Assembly: GCA_051294375.1 (NCBI GenBank)
Contig: CM119263.1
Coordinates: 25,249,605-25,313,604, forward strand
From: Paraspadella gotoi
Lineage: Eukaryota > Animalia > Chaetognatha
DNA: 64,000 bases
Direction of reading: 5' to 3'
The notes beneath the pieces were generated by a model. That model did not search any database and was not told where the DNA came from. It was given only the letters and a program-made list of their open reading frames with translations. The position numbers and the translations under genes are program-made. Below, one piece after another: positions 1-26,748 of the stretch (position 1 is the first letter of the stretch; each line of letters opens with the position of its first letter).

Positions 1-33
1 AAAAGGGAAATAAAATTTAATAATCATATTTCA

Positions 34-12459
<12,426 letters not shown>

Positions 12460-13115
12460 TCGAAACAGGTTGTTGGCAGCCGCCGCAGCCGCCTTTTTCT
12501 TCGAGTTCGGGGGCGGGAGTTCGACGAAGATGGGAGCGTCGACGTCGGGATCGGGCACCGGAACGTCGCCCTCTTTCTTCTCGCCTCCGTGGAAGTGGGC
12601 GCTGCAAACGCGAAGCTGCGGAGCGTGGAGCGTGGAGAACGCAAATCGTGGCGTGGAGGATCGAATGCGTGGTGGGAATGCGTGAGCGCGAGTTGTGAGT
12701 GGGTTGAGAGAGTGAGGGTGGATGCCGTTTAAAAAATGAGGGAAAATGAGAATAAATTAATGCGAGGATTAATTTTAAAAAACGACCGCGGTTAAACGGC
12801 CTTGGGGTATTGGAGTAATGGAGAAAGGGATCTGAATACGGGTATTATCTTTATTTTTTTTTATTTTTTTTTATTATTTATTTTGTAATCGCATGAAGGA
12901 GAAAAAAATGATTGAATACTTTTTTTTAATTTTTTTTTATTTCAGCTTCATGGATGGAATTCAATTGGAAAAAAGGATAAGGAATTAAATGTGATGGTTT
13001 CATATCTTTTTTTTTTTTTTGGAAAACTGGGATAACGGTTACGGTAATGTTTTACTTTTAATGTTACGACGGGCGCTTAATAATTCATGTCAAGGGGTTG
13101 AGGGATCGATAGCTC

Positions 13116-13155
<40 letters not shown>

Positions 13156-13159
13156 AAGG

Positions 13160-13204
<45 letters not shown>

Positions 13205-14151
13205 TGTGAAAGGTTTGGAAAGGGAAGAAAGTTTCTTGCCATATTTCACGACTTTAACTTACCTCATTCCTGCACACAATCACATTCACCAAACCCATCA
13301 CACAGAACGCTTTTTTCAAACTAAGTCTAATATATGATGAGATGCTCCACATTCGAAGGTTTTTTAACAAAGAGGTTTCGTCATTCCACGGCAGAAATAA
13401 AAGTGCGAGGGGTTTTTAAATCCGAGGGGGGCATAACATTTCGATCACAGTCATAAATGAGGTGATTTTTTTTGCATAGCAAAGGACATATATTCACGTC
13501 TACATCTCCAATTATTGGGTTTGGGGGGATATAAAGGATTCGGATTCTAAGACGAAAAAGTGAAAGGAGAAAACATTTAAAAGTGCAACATCGACGCGTG
13601 GGGGTCGACACACGAGAAAATTGGGAGCGAAATTAATACATGAAAATTTCAGGGGATACGATAAAAGGTAAACTGTGTGCAAGGGGATGTTTTTATAGTA
13701 TATTATTCGTTCATTTTATCACTGGTTTAAATATATTTCCCAAGGTATTTCTTTTCCGCAGCCACGGCGTTTTTTTTTTTTATCTTTGTTTCGAATTTAT
13801 ACATAAGAAAAAACCGACTGCAGGAAAAAGAAAGAAAAGAAAATAAAAGAAGACCCGGCAAAACTCGGGTTTTGACGTACCTGATTTATCGGCAGCCCTT
13901 CGGACCGGAATTCGTGACCGGAGCTGCCCGCCAAACAGGATCTCTCTCCCACGTGCCGGGCGCGTTCGTCCCGCGTGCCAGACGCGTGCTCGCGGCTCTT
14001 CTTGCTCGCGTGCGGTTTTTTTCTTGTCGTTGTCGGCGTCGAGTCTCGGAAGCGCGTTTATCGACGCCCGAACGTCAAAAGAAACGCGCGCGTTTTTATT
14101 TCCTTTATTTCCCTTTCGTTTCTCGCGCCAACGAGAAACTCGAATTAAAAG

Positions 14152-14235
14152 CCCGTGAATCGATCCGTGAATTTCTTTTTTTTACCCGTGAATCGATCCG
14201 TGAATGATTTCTTTTTTTTTTACCCGTGAATCGAT
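14152..14235. repeat. Three copies of CCCGTGAATCGAT separated by T-tracts
   Basis: Copies at 14152, 14185 and 14223, in a CpG-rich island ~1.7 kb upstream of the CtBP ATG. Confidence 0.75.
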
Positions 14236-15323
14236 TTCGCGTGAAGTTTCGCGTCTCGATCACGTGACGGAAGAAGATCGCGTGGAATTATAAGTTTTTT
14301 TTTTCCTGGTTCAGGATCTTCGGACGAGGTCAGTCGGTGGGTCGGTCGCGAAAGGTCAAGGGAAACTTTAAACGGCGGGTCTCAAGCGGTCACAGTTGTC
14401 ACGCCCACCGATTTTCCGGTCTTGGTTTTTGTCACGACTCGAGTTTTATAATTTAACTTATGGTTTTCTCAACAGACGGAATCCTTTGTCTTTTCTTATT
14501 CGTTTTCCTTTCAAATTTCCTTGTTTTTGGAAGAGGAAGATGATGATGATGATGATGACGACGATGACGACGATGAGGCGACCGCGTTTACTCGCGCACA
14601 CCTCTCACTCTCTTTTTTTTTTTCTTCTCACGGGCACAATCACAACGGAAAAATTCACCCAATTCACTCTTTTTTTTTTTACCCGAAGTTTATTAGTATT
14701 ATTTTTTTAATTCGTTTCGTAATCCGTTCGGTTTTTTTTCTTTCTTTTTTTTTTTTTTAACTTCCGCGGCGATTTCGATTTCTCGACGTTGTCATAAATT
14801 TTTGAGGGATTGTGCAGTTTTGACTAAGGGATAAATAGTTGATCGGACACTTAAAGGTTCGGTATCTGCGGTATTTACAACAACTACATGGACGAGAGGT
14901 GAGGTGGTGGTGGAGGAAGAGGGTTGAACCCTGGTAAGTTCCTAGGTAGGGAGGAGGAGTTTCGAGGGTGGGGTTTTTCGAAGAGGTGGGTGGGGGAATG
15001 AAACGAAATACATCAAATACATTTACGAATACGAGAGACATGCGATGAAAAATAAATTCGTATGTGTTTTTTTTTTTTTTTGTGTGTGTTTTTTTCTTTC
15101 TAGTTTTTAAATTTTTCGTCTAGAGGTGCTGCTTTCATGGGCGAGACACTGCGATGTTTAAAAAAAAATTTAAAAAAATCGGTAAACAATGCAAGAATAA
15201 TGAATGTATCAACAGTGTAAAAAGTAAAAAAAAAACAAAACGTAAACATAAATAAATAGAGATTTAAATTTTGGTTTTAAAACGGTTCAATCCGAATTAA
15301 ATTAATGATCGCGCGAAGAGAGG

Positions 15324-15324
<1 letters not shown>

Positions 15325-15376
<52 letters not shown>

Positions 15377-15437
15377 AGAGAACCACGTTTGATCCAAGAA
15401 AGGAAGACACCATAATGAAAATTGGTGCGAAGAGGAG

Positions 15438-15500
<63 letters not shown>
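15325..15500. repeat. (GAC)n and (AG)n microsatellites
   Basis: Direct reading. Confidence 0.95.
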
Positions 15501-15502
<2 letters not shown>

Positions 15503-16004
15503 GCGCCATGTTAGCTTCAACACCAACTCGACTGAAAAGGGAAAAAAAAAGAAAAAAAAAAGAAAAAAGAAAAAAGGATCATGGCTGCAAAACTGGGGAT
15601 CAAACAGGAAAGAGGAGGAGAGAATCCAGAGGACAAAGGAAGAAAGATATATTGTTCCTGTGGTAGTTGTTTAAGCTTTTTTTTAATTGATATATTTAGG
15701 TTATGAAACAATATTTTTTTCTGAAATAAAGAATTATTTTTTTGGTAACACGACAAAAAGCATTTCATCAATTATGACTGATTTAATTATTTGATCATGA
15801 AAGACGACGGCAATTTTTTTCTCTCATTTTTAAAATTCTTTTATTTTTTAGTGAAGCGCGCACACTTGCACGCACACAGAAGAAAATATAAAAATATTGC
15901 TAATGCGATTTCCGCCACCCAAGGCCGTCTGGAGTAGGAGAAAGAAAAAAAAAGAGAGAGAGAGAGGAAGAGAGAGAGAGAGATGGAAGCAAGAGAGAGA
16001 GACA

Positions 16005-16038
<34 letters not shown>

Positions 16039-16970
16039 CAGAGAGAGAGAGATGGAAGCAATGAAAGAAAGAGAAAGAGAGAAACAGATTCAGAGATGGA
16101 AAAAAAAGGCGGAGGAAGGATGGAAAGAAAATGGAAGGAAAACTGGAGGAGGAGGAGGAGGAGGAGGAAGAGGAGGAGGAAGTACTGACTGACGCCCATG
16201 GAAGAAGGTTTCTTTTCTTTTTTCTTTTTTCTTTTTTTTTTTTTGGTTCTCGTGTGTTTATGGTGAAGGATGAAGAGAAAAAAAAAAGGAAAAACTCTTT
16301 CCGGAGTTGGAAACAAAATGTCGGAAAATTATCGCGAAAAATTGGGAGGGAGAAGAGGAAATTAAAACGTGGGGGAAGAAAATAAGAGATCGAGATAAGA
16401 TAACTAAGTTTATTTTTTGAATTGTTGCCAGAAATTCTCGCTTTCTATTCTTTTTCCCCTCCAAAAAAAAGGAAGACCATTTCCGAGTAAACAAACGGAA
16501 GTCTAGTTACTTTTAAGGAGACTATAAAGCCTGTTGAATTTTCCTTTGGAAAAAAATAAAATTACACGAAAGCAGAGAAGAGAAGTATTGACCTAAAATG
16601 AGTTTCTTTCTCTTAATAGTTTTCTATATTTAGGGAAAGGACGTATATGACTTGAAGAGGAAAAAAAATCTGGCGCGGCCATGGCCAACTTAACTAAAAC
16701 GGCAAAGACACATTAGGATTATTTATTCCTGTGCGCAGCTCCTGCAGTGAAACAGACTTTGCGAAAAAAAAAGGGTTGAGACAGAGAGAGTGAGAGAGAG
16801 AGAGAAAAAAGGGAGAGAGCTAGAGACAGAAAAAAAAGAAGGAACACTTAAAAAAAAAGCCATAAAAACCTTCGAACAAAAACGAAGAAAAAAAAGAAAG
16901 AAAAAAAATTGAGAAAAGAAAAATAATCGGAAAAAAAGAAGAGACGAATAAGATGACGATGAGAAGAAGT

Positions 16971-17057
<87 letters not shown>

Positions 17058-20000
17058 CGAGAGAGGACGAGAGAGAGAGAGCTGCATCACTGCAGCCAAC
17101 AGGAGTGACCCTCGCTGAAAGGCAAAAACCAAGATTTTTTTTCATCTCCTTGCCAGAGAGAGTGAGGGAGAGAGAAAGTGTGTGTGAGAGAGGGAGAGAG
17201 TGAATGAGAGAGAGTTAATCCTTCGCAATCAGAGACATTCAGGCGGAGTTTAAAAAAGCGCACGCGGGTGAAATAGGAGTGAGGCGCCTCAGTCACATTC
17301 GAAGCGACAGTCAGTCGGTTGAAGCCAAGGAATGCGAAAGAGAAGGAAAAAAAATAATATCGGATTAGCGACGGACCTTAATAATTTTTCATTCCCGCAA
17401 ACGGTCTGGAAAGAGAAAGAGAAAGAGAAAGAGCGAGAGAGAGAGAGAGAGAGAGTTCTCGTGCGCTCGCGTGGTCGCGCTCCTCCCGCACCCATCCACC
17501 CCACCACCCAATTCCTTCCACCGCCACCGACGCCACCGACCACGTCTTGTTCTTCCATTGGGTAATGGAAAAGGCAGTGATCTCCAGAAGTAAGAATAGG
17601 GCCGATGGTGCCTGCAAGACGCTTTGAGGAGAGAGGAAGAGGACGAGGAAAAGGAGGAGATGGGAAGAAAGGTAGGAATTGTAACTAGAAAGGGAGGGGG
17701 GGCGGTTAAAGTTCAGAACTGACTTTTTTTTTTCTGTCTTTATGAATGCGATTAAATTGTGTGCAAACTTCAGATGATAAAAAAGATTTTTAACCAAGCA
17801 TTATACTAAAAGGGGAAAATATAATTGTTTAATGTTTATATTATTTTAAATGGTAAATTAAAAATTCTGTTTGATAATTTATAATAATAATCTTTATGTT
17901 TTCCTCTTTATTATCAAAAACAAAAGGACTTTGGGTAGTGGGAATACAACCAAGAATCTCGCTCCCCTTCTTCCTCTCCCTCGCTCGTGCCAGGAGAGAC
18001 TTTCAATGCCACGGCTGGCCCAGAAGCAACGCAGTTTTTTTTGTTGTTGTTGTGTTGCTTTGTTTTTGCTTGTTGTTATCTCGAGAAGCGCTGAGGGAAG
18101 AAATCGTCGGGTTGAAGTAGAAGTAGAAAACGGGGAGATGAGAATTGGGAGGAAAGGAAACGGGGTAAGGCGATGCAGCTGGAAAGAAGTGAGAGCGGAC
18201 CTGTTCACCGAAAGCGGGTTATCACGGTGAGACGGGATGTAATGGGCAACGCGCGNNNNNNNNNNCCATGCGAAGTCGGGAATAAAATATTAGTTTCGAA
18301 CGTGCATTTATTTGGGTCCTCAAAAAATCCTTTACTGAACCTGGCAGAACTGCGGTTCTTTCTTTCACCCTCCATCTCCCTTCTCCCTCCCGTCCCCTTT
18401 TCACTCAGTCTCTCACTCTCTCTCACTCTCTATCTCTCTCTCTCTCGCGCGCGCGTCCGGTTAAGACAGTGGCGCTGCCAGAATAGATTTTTTTCCGCAG
18501 CGAGAGGAGCGCTCCATTCTTCTTCCTCCGCGGCGTCTCTTTTGTAAAAGAGACACGTCTCTCCGAGGTTCACCGCGAGCATCCATATCGCAGAGACTCT
18601 GCCCAGCGATTCCTCGCTCACCATTCCGAATATGTGTCTCTCTCTCACTCTCTGTGTCTATCTCTCTATCCCTTTTCCTCTCTCTCTCTTTCTCCTAATT
18701 GTTTCCCAGCGGTTAAGTACCTTATCTTTGTTTTGACCTTTTGTTACATCACTGGTCAAGCGGGAAAAATTCAAATGAGAGCTTCATTTTCTTTCATCGG
18801 AAAATCAGAGACTAAAGGGAGGTAAATTAAGAACGATTTACAAGGCGATTAATAAATAAGACGATTTAACAATAAATAAAAGGCGGAGATTTCGACGTAA
18901 TTTAAGGCGGCATTTACTGCTAAATTATTATTCATTAACTCCGAACGTGGCACGAATCATTAAATCGAATAGCCTATCGCCGAACGCGGCGTTCTTATTA
19001 CATCCGGGGTTTTGAGCCGGAATATATATCATGTACGGTACACTTCATGATTTACATATCGGGGCCGCGCGAGCGAGAGTGAGCGGGCGAGCGAGCCAGT
19101 GAAACGGCGACGAATCACCTCGCTCGCACAATCGTCATCACTGAATGCGCGTCACGGCGTCACGCATCGAGATATAAAAGGATTCGGCAAAAAAAAATGT
19201 TTGAGGGGGGAAAGAGAGAGAGAGTAGCTATAAAACCTGATACGAGTGCACNNNNNNNNNNNNNNNNNNNNNNNNNNNNNNNNNNNNNNNNNNNNNNNNN
19301 NNNNNNNNNNNNNNNNNNNNNNNNNNNNNNNNNNNNNNNNNNNNNNNNNNNNNNNNNNNNNNNNNNNNNNNNNNNNNNNNNNNNNNNNNNNNNNNNNNNN
19401 NNNNNNNNNNNNNNNNNNNNNNNNNNNNNNNNNNNNNNNNNNNNNNNNNNNNNNNNNNNNNNNNNNNNNNNNNNNNNNNNNNNNNNNNNNNNNNNNNNNN
19501 NNNNNNNNNNNNNNNNNNNNNNNNNNNNNNNNNNNNNNNNNNNNNNNNNNNNNNNNNNNNNNNNNNNNNNNNNNNNNNNNNNNNNNNNNNNNNNNNNNNN
19601 NNNNNNNNNNNNNNNNNNNNNNNNNNNNNNNNNNNNNNNNNNNNNNNNNNNNNNNNNNNNNNNNNNNNNNNNNNNNNNNNNNNNNNNNNNNNNNNNNNNN
19701 NNNNNNNNNNNNNNNNNNNNNNNNNNNNNNNNNNNNNNNNNNNNNNNNNNNNNNNNNNNNNNNNNNNNNNNNNNNNNNNNNNNNNNNNNNNNNNNNNNNN
19801 NNNNNNNNNNNNNNNNNNNNNNNNNNNNNNNNNNNNNNNNNNNNNNNNNNNNNNNNNNNNNNNNNNNNNNNNNNNNNNNNNNNNNNNNNNNNNNNNNNNN
19901 NNNNNNNNNNNNNNNNNNNNNNNNNNNNNNNNNNNNNNNNNNNNNNNNNNNNNNNNNNNNNNNNNNNNNNNNNNNNNNNNNNNNNNNNNNNNNNNNNNNN

Positions 20001-21473
20001 NNNNNNNNNNNNNNNNNNNNNNNNNNNNNNNNNNNNNNNNNNNNNNNNNNNNNNNNNNNNNNNNNNNNNNNNNNNNNNNNNNNNNNNNNNNNNNNNNNNA
20101 AAAAATTCAGTGTGTACAGAAACTAAATTGCGCCGATGAAAGCAGCTTTTCACAGAAAAAATCGTCCGTTCAAATTAGCAGCAATCTCTTTTGGTGACTT
20201 AATTTTTATTTTAAATAAATGACGACTGCAGTAGCTATTAACGCTCGCAATATAACTATTAAAAATTAACAATGATAATTAGAAATTACTCCCAGATTTT
20301 TTTTAATGGGATTTGTTTACTCCACTGGGGTCGTCATGGAAATAAGTACAACATAAATGTTCTCGATCTTGAGTAAAAAAGTGCTGATCATAAAAAAGAC
20401 CCGTATGGGGTCAGCAGGCGACTGAGGCCACGATATTCAGAGGATTTGGTTGATGGAAGTCTTATATTTATTTATACAAAAATAGCAGTTTAAAAAAAAT
20501 ATATAAGGTTCCATCAGCCTCACCCTTCTATACTTGAAGTGCAGAAATGTGCCAAAAAGTGAGAATAATCCTGCGAAAAGGAAATAAAAAAATAGACTAA
20601 AAACATTAAGACTAAAAAACTGTAAAAATGGGTGTGAAAGAGAAAATACGATTTGTGATTACGAACACAATTGTTTTCTGTGCGTCTTTGTTAAAAAAAA
20701 AAAATTTATGCGTGTGCAAAACAAACTTGAAGAAACATTTCATTTCACGACGAATCATTTCGAANNNNNNNNNNCAAACTTGAAGAAACATTTCATTTCA
20801 AGACGAATCATTTCGAAGATTAAGTTTTATAAAATCCAAACGAGTAAAAAAAAAATCGTCGTTTTAAAATTCGGCGACATTCAGCTCGGGTTCACAGAAA
20901 CAAAAGAAAAACAAACAACCGAAACGAAGAGCGGAAAAAAAAAATTCCCCTTTGGAAAATGAAAGGCGATTGACGGAAATCACGATGAGAATTGTTCAAT
21001 GTTCAAGCCACTTTGTTACAAAGACATCCTTTACGACNNNNNNNNNNNNNNNNNNNNNNNNNNNNNNNNNNNNNNNNNNNNNNNNNNNNNNNNNNNNNNN
21101 NNNNNNNNNNNNNNNNNNNNNNNNNNNNNNNNNNNNNNNNNNNNNNNNNNNNNNNNNNNNNNNNNNNNNNNNNNNNNNNNNNNNNNNNNNNNNNNNNNNN
21201 NNNNNNNNNNNNNNNNNNNNNNNNNNNNNNNNNNNNNNNNNNNNNNNNNNNNNNNNNNNNNNNNNNNNNNNNNNNNNNNNNNNNNNNNNNNNNNNNNNNN
21301 NNNNNNNNNNNNNNNNNNNNNNNNNNNNNNNNNNNNNNNNNNNNNNNNNNNNNNNNNNNNNNNNNNNNNNNNNNNNNNNNNNNNNNNNNNNNNNNNNCGA
21401 GCGTGCAGACGCAGTCACACGACAGATGGAAAGAAAAAAAATTGATAAAAAGTGAAACAGGAAAATAAGGAAG

Positions 21474-21740
21474 GTTGAGGAGGTGGATGAGGTGGTTGAG
21501 GAGGTGGTTGATGAGGTTGTTGAGGAGGTGNNNNNNNNNNNNNNNNNNNNNNNNNNNNNNNNNNNNNNNNNNNNNNNNNNNNNNNNNNNNNNNNNNNNNN
21601 NNNNNNNNNNNNNNNNNNNNNNNNNNNNNNNNNNNNNNNNNNNNNNNNNNNNNNNNNNNNNNNNNNNNNNNNNNNNNNNNNNNNNNNNNNNNNNNNNNNN
21701 NNGGTTGAGGAGGTGGTTGAGGAGGTGGTTGAGGTATTTG
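21474..21740. repeat. 12-bp minisatellite (GTTGAGGAGGTG)n, partly inside a gap
   Basis: Units visible on both sides of the N run. Confidence 0.8.
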
Positions 21741-21958
21741 AGGAGATGGTTGATAAGGTAGTTAAATGTGAGAATCTAAAAAGGAAAGCATAGAAATGGT
21801 AAGGAGAAAGGAAGTCAAGAAAAAAAGAGAAAAAAAAGGAGAAAAAAAGGAGAAAAAAAGGAGAAAAAAAGGCCTCGCTAGAGATAAAAGTGAAAAAAAA
21901 GGAAAAGGAGGATTAGGAATTATCGTTGAGATACGACGACCTTGACCAGGGAGATGGG

Positions 21959-21960
<2 letters not shown>

Positions 21961-22052
<92 letters not shown>
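21961..22052. repeat. (AAAG)n microsatellite
   Basis: Direct reading. Confidence 0.95.
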
Positions 22053-22053
<1 letters not shown>

Positions 22054-23787
22054 GAAAAAAAAATATGAAAACATATACAGAAAAAAGCGGACAGGAGCGA
22101 GACAAATAGAAAAGAATAAAAAATAACAAAGGGAAAGAAGATAGGAATTATCATATAACAAAGAGAAGAATGAAACGGAAAAAGAATCAGTGATGAGTGA
22201 GATACTGGATGGAAGGAAGAAGGGAAAAGTCAAAGAGAGAAAGACTTGAGACAGTCGGGNNNNNNNNNNNNNNNNNNNNNNNNNNNNNNNNNNNNNNNNN
22301 NNNNNNNNNNNNNNNNNNNNNNNNNNNNNNNNNNNNNNNNNNNNNNNNNNNNNNNNNNNNNNNNNNNNNNNNNNNNNNNNNNNNNNNNNNNNNNNNNNNN
22401 NNNNNNNNNNNNNNNNNNNNNNNNNACGCGACACAACGACACACAGAAAGAGAAAAGCCGACAGACTAAAAGGAAAACAGGGCGACGGAGGAAAGGAAAG
22501 GGGAGAGCGGGGAGGAAGAGGAGGAAGAGGCAGAAATAAACAAAAAGAAAAATATTTAAAAAATACAACAACGAAACAATAAACAAAACACGAGAGAAAA
22601 AAAAAATCAGAGGGAAGAAGAAGAGAAGAAAAAAAAAAAAAAAAAAAGGAGGAATTCATAACAGGCGCGCGCGCGAGTTTTTCACTGAATCTGTGATCGC
22701 GGTGATCGCACTTGGCGGCGAAGGGAGGAAAGCGCGTCACCGTGAAGAGTAGGAAAATTAGGGCGAAGGGGGGGGGAGGGGAGGAGAGAGAAGACGATGA
22801 AGTTCAAAGAGAAGAGACGACGACACACGTTGAACCGGCACGCAGTCTGCAATCGCGTGATACTAAGAAAATGACCTCACCCTGTAAAACGCAACTGCAA
22901 GGATGACGACGGACCGACGAGCGACGACGACGACGACCTCTCGTGAAGAAGAGATTTTGAAAGACCCTAAACCGATTTTCCCCTGAAAAGGACTGACGAG
23001 AAAGAGACAGTTTTTGGAGGGCGAATCCACCAATCACAGACGCTCAAAGCTTCGACCAATCATTGCTCGGGTAAATCGAAAATGAACTCTTGGTATTCTT
23101 CGAGCGGAACCAGTTGTTTATCTTGAGATTTACAACGGTTTTCTTTGGAACAGAAAAGAAAAACCAAAGAAAAGAGAACAATCGAATTTTACGTCTCTGC
23201 GACCGGGTCCACCGAATAATCAACCTCGCAATAATCACAAAAACTGAACAAAGAAAGTTTTTGTGATAAAAATAGACAAACACGATTACGATGAAAATGC
23301 GAATCTGCTTTTAAATGTTCCGAAACCAGAAATCCAGTTTCAGTACAAAACAGAATATTCAAAAAAGTCCAATTTCTGCCATCTGACCAACTCAATGAAA
23401 GTTGCGACGACGACGACGACCAATACTGGAAAAAAGAAAAGAGGGTTCATCAAAAGTGACAAGGCATGAAAAAGCGGGGGAGAGGAGAGGAGGCGTGGAG
23501 TCACCGTGCCATCACGGTGACATCACGGTGCCATCCGCGCGTCTGCTCCTCACATAGAAAAGGCACAAAAGAACCGTGGAACAATCCTCCTCTTCCGTCG
23601 CCGTCGTCGTCGTCGTCGTCGCGAGGCAAGCGGCGGCCGCCCTGCCGCCGCTGTCGCCGACAATAACGCGAGATGAAACCTTCTCTAATTGCGTATCTCG
23701 TCTTTCAGCGACGCACGGCGGTTCCCACTGCATCAACGGAAGTCTCCCTCTCTCCCAGTCGTCCCTCTCTCCCTCTCTCTCTCTCTC

Positions 23788-23822
<35 letters not shown>

Positions 23823-24205
23823 TTTCTTCGAGTAGCGTCTTACTAAGACTCGGAACAGATAAGCAATAAATTCAAGGATGAATACGAAAAAAAAATTAGG
23901 GAAAATTCGCTGGTCGACATTTTTGAGAAACTTAGTAACAACAATAAATCATAAGACGAAGCGCCAAAAAAAGAAAATAATCATTAAAAAAATGTTAAGC
24001 CTTAAGCTTTGAAAAAAAACGAGTGCTGTTTTGCAAACAGGTTTCATTTTGTGCAACACGCAAGTGCAAAAATGTTTTCGTTTTACGCACAATTTTAGAA
24101 ATTAGTTGAAACGATTTACAGACTCTAGGATTGTGACACGTTGGTGAATGAAAAACACCGAGTGATACGAAAAAATTTCACAGTAAAAAGGGTGCACTTT
24201 TTGTG

Positions 24206-24325
<120 letters not shown>

Positions 24326-26133
24326 GTGAAAACGTGTGACATCAACAGACGAACGCAAATTGCGAATCGAAACGGTGAGAGTGCGTTAAACCCGAATACA
24401 ATACAGTGTTTTTCTTTATGAGTTACTTTCGTGCCAACAATTTTACGTTACAAAAATCGACTCGTGAATTACAGAAAAAGTGTAAAAAAGAAAGAAGCCC
24501 GAACGATGTGTTTTTTTAAAAAAATTAAAAGTTAATTTTAAACTAATCGAATCATTGGATCGTTCGTGCCTCTTTGAACTACGTTGAATCGCTAATTACA
24601 ATCGACAAAAAAAAACATCTATTGTGAATTCCGTTTCGAAAAAGAGTGCTAAAAATTGTTTTCAACTAAGTGAGAGAAAGAGAGAGGCTCGGAGGGAGAG
24701 AGACTTACCTGATTGACAATCGTATCCTCGGTTCGGCCTATGGCCTGCAGCCACCGTTCACGAAGGATTGGGGGTTTTTTGGGAACTCTTTTTGGTGACA
24801 AGGAAAAAAAGCAAAAAGGAGGATCGTTACAAAAAGGGAGAAAAAAAGTGAAACTTTGAACTATAACGCAGTTATTTGTACAATAACTTTGAAATACTAT
24901 TAGATTATCAAAATGTTAACGTTTGTTTTTGCTTTACTTTTATGTTTGGGTTAGACTTAATTTAATTGTGACGATGTGTGTCAGTATCTAATTTTGGATA
25001 TGAAATAAACTACTCATAATGAGCTCTAAGAAAGATAATAATCCGACCATTGTCAAACCAAAATTTACAAGCTTTTTAACCTGGAAGTCTATGTGAAATA
25101 ATTAGTTATTTTCAGAACTACAGACAGGCGGGTAATTGACTCCCTCACCTGTAAAAATGGCGGTTGTCGTCGGCGCCTCTGTATCGCGATCTGAACTTGC
25201 AGTTAGGGAAGCCGCATGTTGTAGGCATGATAGAATCGGCGTTGGGAGCCGCTGCGAGGCTCGAGTCGTGGGGCGTGGGTCGATGGCGGAGGGCTGCTGG
25301 ACGGCGCCTGGTCGTAGGTAGAGAGGCGTTGGAGGGGAAGGGGGGTGAAAGAATTTTTGAGAAACTGGTAAGATACAAAAACTTTCACTGACTGGAGTTA
25401 GGAGGGGGTTTAGGATCAAGGGTGGTTTAAAGGTGGTTTAGGGTTAGAGTAATTAGGTCATAATTTTTTTAAATTTTTTTTAAAAATAAGTATTTTTAAG
25501 TGGTTTTTCAAAAGACGGCAAAAACCCCGGTCGGCGAAAATAACGTTTTACCGATTGACTTTAATTAAATCGTTTAATAGAAGACTTGATAAGAAATTGG
25601 CACAACCAATATAATAATTATTCATTCATTCGATTAACAAGTTATCTGACCTCATCCTTCTTACAAGATAAAAAAAAAACTGCAAGCTTGAAATCAAGAC
25701 TCTCTAGAATCTATGTTTTTTTTAGTATTTAAATATTTTTCATCTCCTTTCACTACTACATGAACGATAATTCATACGTTTGCATTTTATCAGCTTGATT
25801 CGTTTTACAACGTTTCATTTAAAAGGCGCCTCGTTCCACAGTTTCGCGGCGTTTCTTTTGGCGCCTCGTACTTTTTTTGACAGCGTTTTTTTGGATTTCT
25901 CTTCTCTATCAACTACCGTCGCCTCTCTCTCTCGTCTCTCGTTTATTCTCATCTCTCTCTCTCTCTCTCTCCTCCTCTCTCTCTCTCTCTCTCTTCTCTG
26001 CTCGTCTCTCGTGTTTGTATAAGCTTTCTTTTCGAAAACCAACTAAAACGAGATCATAGACTCGAAAAACAAGGGAAAAGTCGACCTCCGAACAATCCCC
26101 GTTTTAAATTTAAGGCATATCGAAGTTGGCCGG

Positions 26134-26177
<44 letters not shown>

Positions 26178-26392
26178 GAAAGAGAAAAAAATGCATATAT
26201 TGAAAAGTTTAACAAAAAAATTTAGAGAAAAAAAATAAAACCAAAGGAATAATTTTTTTTTTTTTGGTAAAGAGTTGAAGATGCAGCTTCAATTTAGATA
26301 ATAAAACTCAAAGGTATCAAATGCCAAAACGCAAGAGAGAAAGAAAAAAAATACCAGAAAAAAACCTCGACAAAATTTTGAGGCAAAAGAGG

Positions 26393-26423
<31 letters not shown>

Positions 26424-26424
26424 C

Positions 26425-26466
<42 letters not shown>

Positions 26467-26713
26467 CGGAAGGTGGAAACACAAAAGATAAAATATTTCA
26501 ATTAACGTGGATCTAAACACAAGTGCGTGATAAAAGAATGGTTGACGGTTGTATTTCATTGATCGATTTCCGTCTCGAATCTGACGACCGAACCCGAAAA
26601 AAAAAATGGAAAGGAGGCACAAAGGTTCGGCGATTGGGACGGACATCGGCTCGGGCGGGAAGGACGTTGCGCAGGGCAGGGAATTCGGTAAACAGAGTTT
26701 TCTTTTCTGGACC

Positions 26714-26748
<35 letters not shown>

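Noticed and set aside
20716-20816. Direct repeat CAAACTTGAAGAAACATTTCATTTCA.GACGAATCATTTCGAA
   Set aside because: The two copies flank a 10-N gap and are likely a contig-end overlap; not a CRISPR or TSD.
21483-21761. VEEV-repeat ORF as a structural protein exon
   Set aside because: It is a 12-bp minisatellite mostly inside a gap, with no splice or flanking coding support.
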